Source: Macrostomum lignano
Lineage: Eukaryota
NCBI GenBank assembly: GCA_002269645.1
Contig: NIVC01003103.1
Location: 154,998 to 218,997, forward strand
Direction of reading: 5' to 3'
Length of the DNA: 64,000 nucleotides
Part shown: positions 51,361 through 64,000 of the stretch, in pieces
Layout: each line of letters starts with the position of its first letter
Numbering within the stretch: the stretch's first letter is position 1
The notes under the pieces: model-generated
What the model was told of the DNA's origin: nothing
Database searches by the model: none
Seen by the model: only the letters and a program-made list of their open reading frames with translations
Made by a program: the position numbers and the translations under genes

Positions 51361-53587
51361 CTGTGTCCCCGTGTCACCTCGGCTTTTGCGTGTGGATGTG
51401 AGACTGCGAGGCTGTAACGCCCGGCTGTTCTGCGCATATGCACCAACAGCTGCCCATCAGCATGAGGTGCAGGAGTTCTTTGATTTCCTGTCAGAGCAGC
51501 TCGAGTCGGTCGCAATGCGTGACACTTTGGCAGTGCTTGGCAATCTCAACGCTGTCGCGGAGAGGTCCCAGCGCTCCCCGTTCGTGTCCCCGCGCCAGAA
51601 TGGCAACTCTAGTGCGCTTGCAGACCTTAATGTCGCGGCAAGATCTGGTGTCGGCGAACACGCGCTTCCGCAAGCCAGCTTTTCGTTTGGCGACTTTCGC
51701 TGGTTGTAAGCAAAGAAAGCGGAATGCGTGCCGAAACGCCACGAGGCGCCGGGCCCAGCTCGACCACATTCTTGTTCGTAACCGCGAGCGCAGTCGAGTG
51801 ACAGACTGCGACACGATGGCCCCGCTGTCCATCCGATCCGACCACTGCCTGCTTTTCTGCAACCTTCGCATCCGGGATCCGCTGTACAGGCCGCCCAAGC
51901 GACCCCCATGCCGCTATTTCCGGGCTCTGCAAGATTCTAGCACCTGCAGCAGGTTCGCGTACGCGTTTGCCACCGCACTGGGAGAGTCTGCGAGCACCGG
52001 TAACTACTCTGAAATTAGCGCGGCAGTAGCGATGGCAGCGAGCAAAACTCTGCCACTGATGAAATCTGCAGCCCATAGTCTCCCTGTCTGGGTGGATGAC
52101 AAGGAGGTTCAAGAGGCGAGGCGGACAGTCGAGAGGCTGCGACGGTCCAGGAGACCGACGGCAGAGGCCAAGAAAGCCCTGTCAGACGTTTATGTCAGGC
52201 GGCAGCAAGCCGCTGTTGATGATGCCATCCGAAGCGTCACCTCCGCAGGGCTCGACCAACGGAATCGGCTCGTATGGCCGACAATCAACGCCTTGACTGG
52301 TTGCAAGAAGAAAACGGTGCTAAACTTGACCGGCGACACGCCAGAAGCGCGCAGAAATGAGCTACGCGACTTCTTTGCCGATATCGTCAACACGCCGCCA
52401 CCGCCTCTGCCAGAAGTGATGCCACTGCCGCTCGAGACGGCGCTGCCGTCGCAGGAAGATTTCAACACCCAGCCAGTGACCAGCAACGACATTGTGCAGT
52501 TCGCTCGCCAGGCGCCAGGAGGTCGCACCCCAGGACCGGACGAGGTGCCTATCGAGGTGCTGCGAGTCACAAGGGTCGCCATTGAGGTGGCTCGTGTGAT
52601 GAACGGTGTCCTTTCTGGAGATGCCGCGCCCCGCGAGTGGACAACTGCGCACATCGTCGCGATCCCGAAGAAGCCAGGCACGACACGGAAGGAGGAGCAC
52701 AGGGGGATCTTGCTTATGTCCTGCGCCGCGAAGCTGTTCAACCGGGTGCTGCTGGCTCGGTTACAGCCTGTGCTGGACCAGTTCCTGCGAACTGAGCAGA
52801 ATGGGTTCCGCCCACATCGCGGCACAGTGATGCAGATCCTAGCCCTCCGCCGCATCATCGAGGAGGCGCGCATCCATCAGTCAAGTCTCGTGGTGATCTT
52901 TTTTGATTTCCTCAAGGCCTTCGACTCGCTGGCTCGCGGCGCGCTGCCTCTCGTGCTTCGTGCGTACAATGTACCAGAGCAACTGATTTCCGCCATCATG
53001 GCGATGTACCAGGACACGACCGCTTCGGTGATGATGCCAGATGGACTGTCAGACCAATTCAGCACGTCGTCAGGCGTGCTGCAGGGTGACACTTTGGCGC
53101 ATTTTCTGTTTGTGCTGGCACTGGACTGGGTGCTGAGAACTGGCCTGCCCAACCTGGATGACGGCTTCCTTTTGAGAAGATGCACGAGTTGGCGGCACCC
53201 AGAGAAGCGGCTCTCCGTTCTCGGCTACGCAGACGACCTCGCGCTACTTTCATCGACGGCTGAAGGTGCCCAGTGGCTGCTTGATGGCCTGACGGCGGCA
53301 GCGTTGCGGGTCGGCCTTAAGCTGAACACGTGGAAGACGGTAGTGTTCACAGTGCCCTCCGACTTGCTGGCCGAGATCAATTACTGAGACGCTGCCGGGA
53401 ATGCATTTATGCTTACCCGCTGCAAGCGCTTTGTGTACCTTGGCAGTTCCGTGCCGGACGTTGCTGATGACCTGAAGAGACGACGAGGACTGGCCTGGGC
53501 CGCATTTCGATCTGTGCACTCCGTGCTCCAATCTGAGGCCCTGGACGACGGGCTCAAGGCTCGGCTGTTTCAGGCAGTCGTCGAGAC
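51361..53587 (+). mobile_element. Decayed non-LTR retrotransposon (RTE-like LINE): partial APE endonuclease plus reverse transcriptase, 5' and 3' truncated
   Basis: EN: CAYAPT, GNLNA, LDHILV, SDH. RT: PGPDEVP, IPKK, QNGFR, FFDFLKAFDS, GVLQGDTL, YADD, YLGS. +1 frameshift near 51625; in-frame TGA at 53385-53387 with the frame continuing to ~53587. Confidence 0.93.
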
Positions 53588-54662
53588 TGGCAACAAAGCA
53601 TGGCAACTTTTGACACTTAGGCCATTTTATATATGGTTGTTTTGATATACATTCCAAGTAGTAACTTACAGAAAATGCACCACACTATAAAGTCCTTTTG
53701 AAAATGCACTGGACAGAAATCTACCATTTAACAACTTTTTCCAATAGGAAAGCAATGCTTGACTTGATTTAAACTAAATCTAAGCTTTTAGCCTAAGCTA
53801 AATTAAATACCTCAAGATATCTAGGCCTATAGGGCCTTTTCTTATAGTTATATTTATAGGGCCTAGCTTAATGCTAATGAATTAAATAGGCCTATTCATT
53901 TTGCAAATAAAGTATTTCCTTTTAATAGCTAAAATAAAATCAAATTCTAAATCACAATAGTAGCTAGGCAAATATATTTTCTTTGTTGGTTTATATTAAT
54001 AAAGCTAAAGGAAAGGCAAACATTATAAAAATAACTTTGATATTTTGATGGATAATAAGTTAAATGACATGTTAAACTTAAGATTCCTGTCCTAATCCTA
54101 TTAGCCAATTATCCTAGTAGCATTTTGCTTTGGCCATTTTAATCTAGACCCAGAGTTTCAATGCCCATAATAAGATCTTTGACAATGAATGTCATGACAA
54201 TGAATGGCTATGTAAGTATAAAGTAATAAAGTTTATAAATCTTAATTGCAAATGATTCAATTTTACGTCTATACTCCCAGTACCAGAACCAGTACCAGAA
54301 CCAGTACCAAAAAATAAAATACAAAATACAAGTAAAAAAACGAAAAATAACCTACAAAAATGTCTAAAATAGTAAAAAATCAACTCTAGCAATTATTATA
54401 ACCGTTAACACAGCGTTCAAGTGGTTCAACATATTTCGTTTCAGCGAATTACATTACAGCATAACTTAATGCCTATTAAAATACTTATTTAAAAACTAAA
54501 AGTAAAACACCGAAATTTAACATTCTAGCTGAAAAACCTTAAAACAAATATATATAAAACTAAAAAAACCTATCAACAATTGGTGATGCCATAGATACAA
54601 TATAAATATACCAAAAAACTGTACATGTAATATGTTCAATTCCCGTAATTTTTCACCAAAAT

Positions 54663-57600
54663 TACTTTAGTGTACTTCGGCAGGAACCATTGTGAGTACG
54701 AAGCTGAAAACTGAGATCTGGAAGGAAACATTATCAATCTAGAAGCCTACAAGACGCCAAGGCTCCATCTGTTCCCTAATCGAACTTACAGACTCCCAAG
54801 TCCCCCCTGCTCAGTACACTCAGCTGCAGAAAGTACTTTAGTGTACTTCGGCAGGAACCATTGTGAGTACGAAGCTGAAAACTGAGATCTGGAAGGAAAC
54901 ATTATCAATCTAGAAGCCTACAAGACGCCAAGGCTCCATCTGTTCCCTACTCGAACTTACAGACTCCCAAGTCCCCCTGCTCAGTACATTAATATGCAGA
55001 AAGTACTTTAGTGTACTTCGACAAGAACCATTGTGAGTACGAAGCTGAAAACTGAGATCTGGAAGGAAACATTATCAATCTAGAAGCCTACAAGACGCCA
55101 AGGCTCCATCTGTTCCCTACTCGAACTTACAGACTCCCAAGTCCCCCCTGCTCAGTACATTAATATTCAGAAAGTACTTTAGTGTACTTCGGCAGGAACC
55201 ATTGTGAGTACGAAGCTGAAAACTGAGATCTGGAAGGAAACATTATCAATCTAGAAGCCTACAAGACGCCAAGGCTCCATCTGTTCCCTACTCGAACTTA
55301 CAGACTCCCAAGTCCCCCCTGCTCAGTACATTAATATGCAGAAAGTACTTTAGTGTACTTCGGCAGGAACCATTGTGAGTACGAAGCTGAAAACTGAGAT
55401 CTGGAAGGAAACATTATCAATCTAGAAGCCTACAAGACGCCAAGGCTCCATCTGTTCCCTACTCGAACTTACAGACTCCCAAGTCCCCCCTGCTCAGTAC
55501 ATTAATATGCAGAAAGTACTTTAGTGTACTTCGACAAGAACCATTGTGAGTACGAAGCTGAAAACTGAGATCTGGAAGGAAACATTATCAATCTAGAAGC
55601 CTACAAGACGCCAAGGCTCCATCTGTTCCCTACTCGAACTTACAGACTCCCAAGTCCCCCCTGCTCAGTACATTAATATGCAGAAAGTACTTTAGTGTAC
55701 TTCGACAAGAACCATTGTGAGTACGAAGCTGAAAACTGAGATCTGGAAGGAAACATTATCAATCTAGAAGCCTACAAGACGCCAAGGCTCCATCTGTTCC
55801 CTACTCGAACTTACAGACTCCCAAGTCCCCCTGCTCAGTACATTAATATGCAGAAAGTACTTTAGTGTACTTCGGCAGGAACCATTGTGAGTACGAAGCT
55901 GAAAACTGAGATCTGGAAGGAAACATTATCAATCTAGAAGCCTACAAGACGCCAAGGCTCCATCTGTTCCCTACTCGAACTTACAGACTCCCAAGTCCCC
56001 CTGCTCAGTACATTAATATGCAGAAAGTACTTTAGTGTACTTCGACAAGAACCATTGTGAGTACGAAGCTGAAAACTGAGATCTGGAAGGAAACATTATC
56101 AATCTAGAAGCCTACAAGACGCCAAGGCTCCATCTGTTCCCTACTCGAACTTACAGACTCCCAAGTCCCCCCTGCTCAGTACATTAATATGCAGAAAGTA
56201 CTTTAGTGTACTTCGACAAGAACCATTGTGAGTACGAAGCTGAAAACTGAGATCTGGAAGGAAACATTATCAATCTAGAAGCCTACAAGACGCCAAGGCT
56301 CCATCTGTTCCCTACTCGAACTTACAGACTCCCAAGTCCCCCCTGCTCAGTACATTAATATGCAGAAAGTACTTTAGTGTACTTCGACAAGAACCATTGT
56401 GAGTACGAAGCTGAAAACTGAGATCTGGAAGGAAACATTATCAATCTAGAAGCCTACAAGACGCCAAGGCTCCATCTGTTCCCTACTTGAACTTACAGAC
56501 TCCCAAGTCCCCCCTGCTCAGTACACTCAGCTGCAGAAAGTACTTTAGTGTACTTCGGCAGGAACCATTGTGAGTACGAAGCTGAAAACTGAGATCTGGA
56601 AGGAAACATTATCAATCTAGAAGCCTACAAGACGCCAAGGCTCCATCTGTTCCCTACTCGAACTTACAGACTCCCAAGTCCCCCTGCTCAGTACACTCAG
56701 CTGCAGAAAGTACTTTAGTGTACTTCGACAGGAACCATTGTGAGTACGAAGCTGAAAACTGAGATCTGGAAGGAAACATTATCAATCTAGAAGCCTACAA
56801 GACGCCAAGGCTCCATCTGTTCCCTACTCGAACTTACAGACTCCCAAGTCCCCCTGCTCAGTACATTAATATGCAGAAAGTACTTTAGTGTACTTCGACA
56901 AGAACCATTGTGAGTACGAAGCTGAAAACTGAGATCTGGAAGGAAACATTATCAATCTAGAAGCCTACAAGACGCCAAGGCTCCATCTGTTCCCTACTCG
57001 AACTTACAGACTCCCAAGTCCCCCCTGCTCAGTACATTAATATGCAGAAAGTACTTTAGTGTACTTCGACAAGAACCATTGTGAGTACGAAGCTGAAAAC
57101 TGAGATCTGGAAGGAAACATTATCAATCTAGAAGCCTACAAGACGCCAAGGCTCCATCTGTTCCCTACTCGAACTTACAGACTCCCAAGTCCCCCCTGCT
57201 CAGTACATTAATATGCAGAAAGTACTTTAGTGTACTTCGACAAGAACCATTGTGAGTACGAAGCTGAAAACTGAGATCTGGAAGGAAACATTATCAATCT
57301 AGAAGCCTACAAGACGCCAAGGCTCCATCTGTTCCCTACTCGAACTTACAGACTCCCAAGTCCCCCCTGCTCAGTACACTCAGCTGCAGAAAGTACTTTA
57401 GTGTACTTCGGCAGGAACCATTGTGAGTACGAAGCTGAAAACTGAGATCTGGAAGGAAACATTATCAATCTAGAAGCCTACAAGACGCCAAGGCTCCATC
57501 TGTTCCCTACTCGAACTTACAGACTCCCAAGTCCCCCTGCTCAGTACACTCAGCTGCAGAAAGTACTTTAGTGTACTTCGACAAGAACCATTGTGAGTAC

Positions 57601-60600
57601 GAAGCTGAAAACTGAGATCTGGAAGGAAACATTATCAATCTAGAAGCCTACAAGACGCCAAGGCTCCATCTGTTCCCTACTCGAACTTACAGACTCCCAA
57701 GTCCCCCCTGCTCAGTACATTAATATGCAGAAAGTACTTTAGTGTACTTCGGCAGGAACCATTGTGAGTACGAAGCTGAAAACTGAGATCTGGAAGGAAA
57801 CATTATCAATCTAGAAGCCTACAAGACGCCAAGGCTCCATCTGTTCCCTACTCGAACTTACAGACTCCCAAGTCCCCCTGCTCAGTACATTAATATGCAG
57901 AAAGTACTTTAGTGTACTTCGACAAGAACCATTGTGAGTACGAAGCTGAAAACTGAGATCTGGAAGGAAACATTATCAATCTAGAAGCCTACAAGACGCC
58001 AAGGCTCCATCTGTTCCCTACTCGAACTTACAGACTCCCAAGTCCCCCCTGCTCAGTACATTAATATGCAGAAAGTACTTTAGTGTACTTCGACAGGAAC
58101 CATTGTGAGTACGAAGCTGAAAACTGAGATCTGGAAGGAAACATTATCAATCTAGAAGCCTACAAGACGCCAAGGCTCCATCTGTTCCCTACTCGAACTT
58201 ACAGACTCCCAAGTCCCCCCTGCTCAGTACATTAATATGCAGAAAGTACTTTAGTGTACTTCGACAAGAACCATTGTGAGTACGAAGCTGAAAACTGAGA
58301 TCTGGAAGGAAACATTATCAATCTAGAAGCCTACAAGACGCCAAGGCTCCATCTGTTCCCTACTCGAACTTACAGACTCCCAAGTCCCCCCTGCTCAGTA
58401 CATCATGCAGAAAGTACTTTAGTGTACTTCGCAGGAACCATTGTGAGTACGAAGCTGAAAACTGAGATCTGGAAGGAAACATTATCAATCTAGAAGCCTA
58501 CAAGACGCCAAGGCTCCATCTGTTCCCTACTCGAACTTACAGACTCCCAAGTCCCCCTGCTCAGTACATCAGCTGCAGAAAGTACTTTAGTGTACTTCGA
58601 CAGGAACCATTGTGAGTACGAAGCTGAAAACTGAGATCTGGAAGGAAACATTATCAATCTAGAAGCCTACAAGACGCCAAGGCTCCATCTGTTCCCTACT
58701 CGAACTTACAGACTCCCAAGTCCCCCCTGCTCAGTACATTAATATGCAGAAAGTACTTTAGTGTACTTCGACAAGAACCATTGTGAGTACGAAGCTGAAA
58801 ACTGAGATCTGGAAGGAAACATTATCAATCTAGAAGCCTACAAGACGCCAAGGCTCCATCTGTTCCCTACTCGAACTTACAGACTCCCAAGTCCCCCCTG
58901 CTCAGTACATTAATATGCAGAAAGTACTTTAGTGTACTTCGACAAGAACCATTGTGAGTACGAAGCTGAAAACTGAGATCTGGAAGGAAACATTATCAAT
59001 CTAGAAGCCTACAAGACGCCAAGGCTCCATCTGTTCCCTACTCGAACTTACAGACTCCCAAGTCCCCCCTGCTCAGTACATTAATATGCAGAAAGTACTT
59101 TAGTGTACTTCGACAGGAACCATTGTGAGTACGAAGCTGAAAACTGAGATCTGGAAGGAAACATTATCAATCTAGAAGCCTACAAGACGCCAAGGCTCCA
59201 TCTGTTCCCTACTCGAACTTACAGACTCCCAAGTCCCCCCTGCTCAGTACATTAATATGCAGAAAGTACTTTAGTGTACTTCGACAGGAACCATTGTGAG
59301 TACGAAGCTGAAAACTGAGATCTGGAAGGAAACATTATCAATCTAGAAGCCTACAAGACGCCAAGGCTCCATCTGTTCCCTACTCGAACTTACAGACTCC
59401 CAAGTCCCCCCTGCTCAGTACATTAATATGCAGAAAGTACTTTAGTGTACTTCGACAAGAACCATTGTGAGTACGAAGCTGAAAACTGAGATCTGGAAGG
59501 AAACATTATCAATCTAGAAGCCTACAAGACGCCAAGGCTCCATCTGTTCCCTACTCGAACTTACAGACTCCCAAGTCCCCCCTGCTCAGTACATTAATAT
59601 GCAGAAAGTACTTTAGTGTACTTCGACAAGAACCATTGTGAGTACGAAGCTGAAAACTGAGATCTGGAAGGAAACATTATCAATCTAGAAGCCTACAAGA
59701 CGCCAAGGCTCCATCTGTTCCCTACTCGAACTTACAGACTCCCAAGTCCCCCCTGCTCAGTACATTAATATGCAGAAAGTACTTTAGTGTACTTCGACAG
59801 GAACCATTGTGAGTACGAAGCTGAAAACTGAGATCTGGAAGGAAACATTATCAATCTAGAAGCCTACAAGACGCCAAGGCTCCATCTGTTCCCTACTCGA
59901 ACTTACAGACTCCCAAGTCCCCCCTGCTCAGTACATTAATATGCAGAAAGTACTTTAGTGTACTTCGACAAGAACCATTGTGAGTACGAAGCTGAAAACT
60001 GAGATCTGGAAGGAAACATTATCAATCTAGAAGCCTACAAGACGCCAAGGCTCCATCTGTTCCCTACTCGAACTTACAGACTCCCAAGTCCCCCCTGCTC
60101 AGTACATTAATATGCAGAAAGTACTTTAGTGTACTTCGACAAGAACCATTGTGAGTACGAAGCTGAAAACTGAGATCTGGAAGGAAACATTATCAATCTA
60201 GAAGCCTACAAGACGCCAAGGCTCCATCTGTTCCCTACTCGAACTTACAGACTCCCAAGTCCCCCCTGCTCAGTACATTAATATGCAGAAAGTACTTTAG
60301 TGTACTTCGACAAGAACCATTGTGAGTACGAAGCTGAAAACTGAGATCTGGAAGGAAACATTATCAATCTAGAAGCCTACAAGACGCCAAGGCTCCATCT
60401 GTTCCCTACTCGAACTTACAGACTCCCAAGTCCCCCTGCTCAGTACATATGCAGAAAGTACTTTAGTGTACTTCGACAGGAACCATTGTGAGTACGAAGC
60501 TGAAAACTGAGATCTGGAAGGAAACATTATCAATCTAGAAGCCTACAAGACGCCAAGGCTCCATCTGTTCCCTACTCGAACTTACAGACTCCCAAGTCCC

Positions 60601-63600
60601 CCCTGCTCAGTACATATGCAGAAAGTACTTTAGTGTACTTCGACAGGAACCATTGTGAGTACGAAGCTGAAAACTGAGATCTGGAAGGAAACATTATCAA
60701 TCTAGAAGCCTACAAGACGCCAAGGCTCCATCTGTTCCCTACTCGAACTTACAGACTCCCAAGTCCCCCCTGCTCAGTACATTAATATGCAGAAAGTACT
60801 TTAGTGTACTTCGACAAGAACCATTGTGAGTACGAAGCTGAAAACTGAGATCTGGAAGGAAACATTATCAATCTAGAAGCCTACAAGACGCCAAGGCTCC
60901 ATCTGTTCCCTACTCGAACTTACAGACTCCCAAGTCCCCCCTGCTCAGTACATTAATATGCAGAAAGTACTTTAGTGTACTTCGACAAGAACCATTGTGA
61001 GTACGAAGCTGAAAACTGAGATCTGGAAGGAAACATTATCAATCTAGAAGCCTACAAGACGCCAAGGCTCCATCTGTTCCCTACTCGAACTTACAGACTC
61101 CCAAGTCCCCCCTGCTCAGTACATTAATATGCAGAAAGTACTTTAGTGTACTTCGACAAGAACCATTGTGAGTACGAAGCTGAAAACTGAGATCTGGAAG
61201 GAAACATTATCAATCTAGAAGCCTACAAGACGCCAAGGCTCCATCTGTTCCCTACTCGAACTTACAGACTCCCAAGTCCCCCCTGCTCAGTACATATGCA
61301 GAAAGTACTTTAGTGTACTTCGACAGGAACCATTGTGAGTACGAAGCTGAAAACTGAGATCTGGAAGGAAACATTATCAATCTAGAAGCCTACAAGACGC
61401 CAAGGCTCCATCTGTTCCCTACTCGAACTTACAGACTCCCAAGTCCCCCCTGCTCAGTACATATGCAGAAAGTACTTTAGTGTACTTCGACAAGAACCAT
61501 TGTGAGTACGAAGCTGAAAACTGAGATCTGGAAGGAAACATTATCAATCTAGAAGCCTACAAGACGCCAAGGCTCCATCTGTTCCCTACTCGAACTTACA
61601 GACTCCCAAGTCCCCCTGCTCAGTACATTAATATGCAGAAAGTACTTTAGTGTACTTCGACAGGAACCATTGTGAGTACGAAGCTGAAAACTGAGATCTG
61701 GAAGGAAACATTATCAATCTAGAAGCCTACAAGACGCCAAGGCTCCATCTGTTCCCTACTCGAACTTACAGACTCCCAAGTCCCCCCTGCTCAGTACATT
61801 AATATGCAGAAAGTACTTTAGTGTACTTCGACAGAACCATTGTGAGTACGAAGCTGAAAACTGAGATCTGGAAGGAAACATTATCAATCTAGAAGCCTAC
61901 AAGACGCCAAGGCTCCATCTGTTCCCTACTCGAACTTACAGACTCCCAAGTCCCCCCTGCTCAGTACATTAATATGCAGAAAGTACTTTAGTGTACTTCG
62001 ACAGGAACCATTGTGAGTACGAAGCTGAAAACTGAGATCTGGAAGGAAACATTATCAATCTAGAAGCCTACAAGACGCCAAGGCTCCATCTGTTCCCTAC
62101 TCGAACTTACAGACTCCCAAGTCCCCCCTGCTCAGTACATTAATATGCAGAAAGTACTTTAGTGTACTTCGACAAGAACCATTGTGAGTACGAAGCTGAA
62201 AACTGAGATCTGGAAGGAAACATTATCAATCTAGAAGCCTACAAGACGCCAAGGCTCCATCTGTTCCCTACTCGAACTTACAGACTCCCAAGTCCCCCCT
62301 GCTCAGTACATTAGCTGCAGAAAGTACTTTAGTGTACTTCGACAGGAACCATTGTGAGTACGAAGCTGAAAACTGAGATCTGGAAGGAAACATTATCAAT
62401 CTAGAAGCCTACAAGACGCCAAGGCTCCATCTGTTCCCTACTCGAACTTACAGACTCCCAAGTCCCCCCTGCTCAGTACATATGCAGAAAGTACTTTAGT
62501 GTACTTCGACAGAACCATTGTGAGTACGAAGCTGAAAACTGAGATCTGGAAGGAAACATTATCAATCTAGAAGCCTACAAGACGCCAAGGCTCCATCTGT
62601 TCCCTACTCGAACTTACAGACTCCCAAGTCCCCCCTGCTCAGTACATTAATATGCAGAAAGTACTTTAGTGTACTTCGACAGAACCATTGTGAGTACGAA
62701 GCTGAAAACTGAGATCTGGAAGGAAACATTATCAATCTAGAAGCCTACAAGACGCCAAGGCTCCATCTGTTCCCTACTCGAACTTACAGACTCCCAAGTC
62801 CCCCCTGCTCAGTACATTAATATGCAGAAAGTACTTTAGTGTACTTCGACAAGAACCATTGTGAGTACGAAGCTGAAAACTGAGATCTGGAAGGAAACAT
62901 TATCAATCTAGAAGCCTACAAGACGCCAAGGCTCCATCTGTTCCCTACTCGAACTTACAGACTCCCAAGTCCCCCTGCTCAGTACATTAATATGCAGAAA
63001 GTACTTTAGTGTACTTCGACAAGAACCATTGTGAGTACGAAGCTGAAAACTGAGATCTGGAAGGAAACATTATCAATCTAGAAGCCTACAAGACGCCAAG
63101 GCTCCATCTGTTCCCTACTCGAACTTACAGACTCCCAAGTCCCCCCTGCTCAGTACATTAATATGCAGAAAGTACTTTAGTGTACTTCGACAGAACCATT
63201 GTGAACCATTGTGAGTACGAAGCTGAAAACTGAGATCTGGAAGGAAACATTATCAATCTAGAAGCCTACAAGACGCCAAGGCTCCATCTGTTCCCTACTC
63301 GAACTTACAGACTCCCAAGTCCCCCTGCTCAGTACATCAATGCAGAAAGTACTTTAGTGTACTTCGACAAGGAACCATTGTGAGTACGAAGCTGAAAACT
63401 GAGATCTGGAAGGAAACATTATCAATCTAGAAGCCTACAAGACGCCAAGGCTCCATCTGTTCCCTACTCGAACTTACAGACTCCCAAGTCCCCCCTGCTC
63501 AGTACATAGCTGCAGAAAGTACTTTAGTGTACTTCGACAGAAACCATTGTGAGTACGAAGCTGAAAACTGAGATCTGGAAGGAAACATTATCAATCTAGA

Positions 63601-64000
63601 AGCCTACAAGACGCCAAGGCTCCATCTGTTCCCTACTCGAACTTACAGACTCCCAAGTCCCCCTGCTCAGTACATTAATATGCAGAAAGTACTTTAGTGT
63701 ACTTCGACAGAACCATTGTGAGTACGAAGCTGAAAACTGAGATCTGGAAGGAAACATTATCAATCTAGAAGCCTACAAGACGCCAAGGCTCCATCTGTTC
63801 CCTACTCGAACTTACAGACTCCCAAGTCCCCCTGCTCAGTACATTAATATGCAGAAAGTACTTTAGTGTACTTCGACAAGAACCATTGTGAGTACGAAGC
63901 TGAAAACTGAGATCTGGAAGGAAACATATCAATCTAGAAGCCTACAAGACGCCAAGGCTCCATCTGTTCCCTACTCGAACTTACAGACTCCAAGTCCCCC
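54663..64000. repeat. 170-171-bp tandem array, about 55 highly similar copies, runs off the window
   Basis: GTGAGT at 54692 recurs at 54863 (period 171); variants limited to C5/C6 tract, TTAATAT vs CTCAGC block, and CGACAAG/CGGCAGG. Confidence 0.98.

Noticed and set aside
50390-51700. Functional link between host APEX1 and the adjacent LINE APE endonuclease
   Set aside because: Opposite strands, ~1 kb apart and the LINE is decayed; adjacency looks coincidental.
54717-54888. 33-aa minus-strand repeat as an ankyrin repeat
   Set aside because: Length matches, but the TPLH and GADVN hallmarks are absent.
54663-64000. 171-bp array as a CRISPR array or an SL RNA/5S/snRNA gene cluster
   Set aside because: No unique spacers; no recognisable SL exon, Sm site, 5S or tRNA boxes.

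Overview
Eukaryotic, intron-containing animal DNA. The EF-hand plus dynein-light-chain (TAL) gene indicates a flatworm. The very GC-rich, Ala/Gln-rich coding exons and minisatellite-filled introns suggest a Macrostomum-like free-living species (inference). Genes built by hand from splice signals: 5' exon of a neurexin-like LamG-EGF gene (-), acetyl-CoA synthetase (-), 7-exon SNAP-25 (-), 3-exon TAL protein (-), EXD1/Egalitarian-like pseudo-exonuclease (+), secreted TULIP/Der p 7-like protein (+), and a co-oriented minus-strand cluster of APEX1, a FASTK-like mitochondrial protein, CPTP and SUPT7L. Also present are a tRNA-derived SINE, a decayed doubly truncated RTE-like LINE, more than 20 locus-specific micro/minisatellites, and a ~171-bp tandem array of ~55 copies running off the right edge. 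Leading hypotheses: (1) three genes have no usable genomic ATG but begin in frame right after a splice acceptor, as expected if the flatworm spliced leader's terminal AUG supplies the start codon, and two of them sit in an operon-like cluster; (2) the 171-bp 'satellite' has exon-intron architecture with synonymous-only substitutions in a 33-nt candidate micro-exon, so it may be a tandem exon array of a repeat protein. Most long ORFs in the supplied track are repeat-derived or antisense shadows. No database searches were run; family calls rest on motif recognition.
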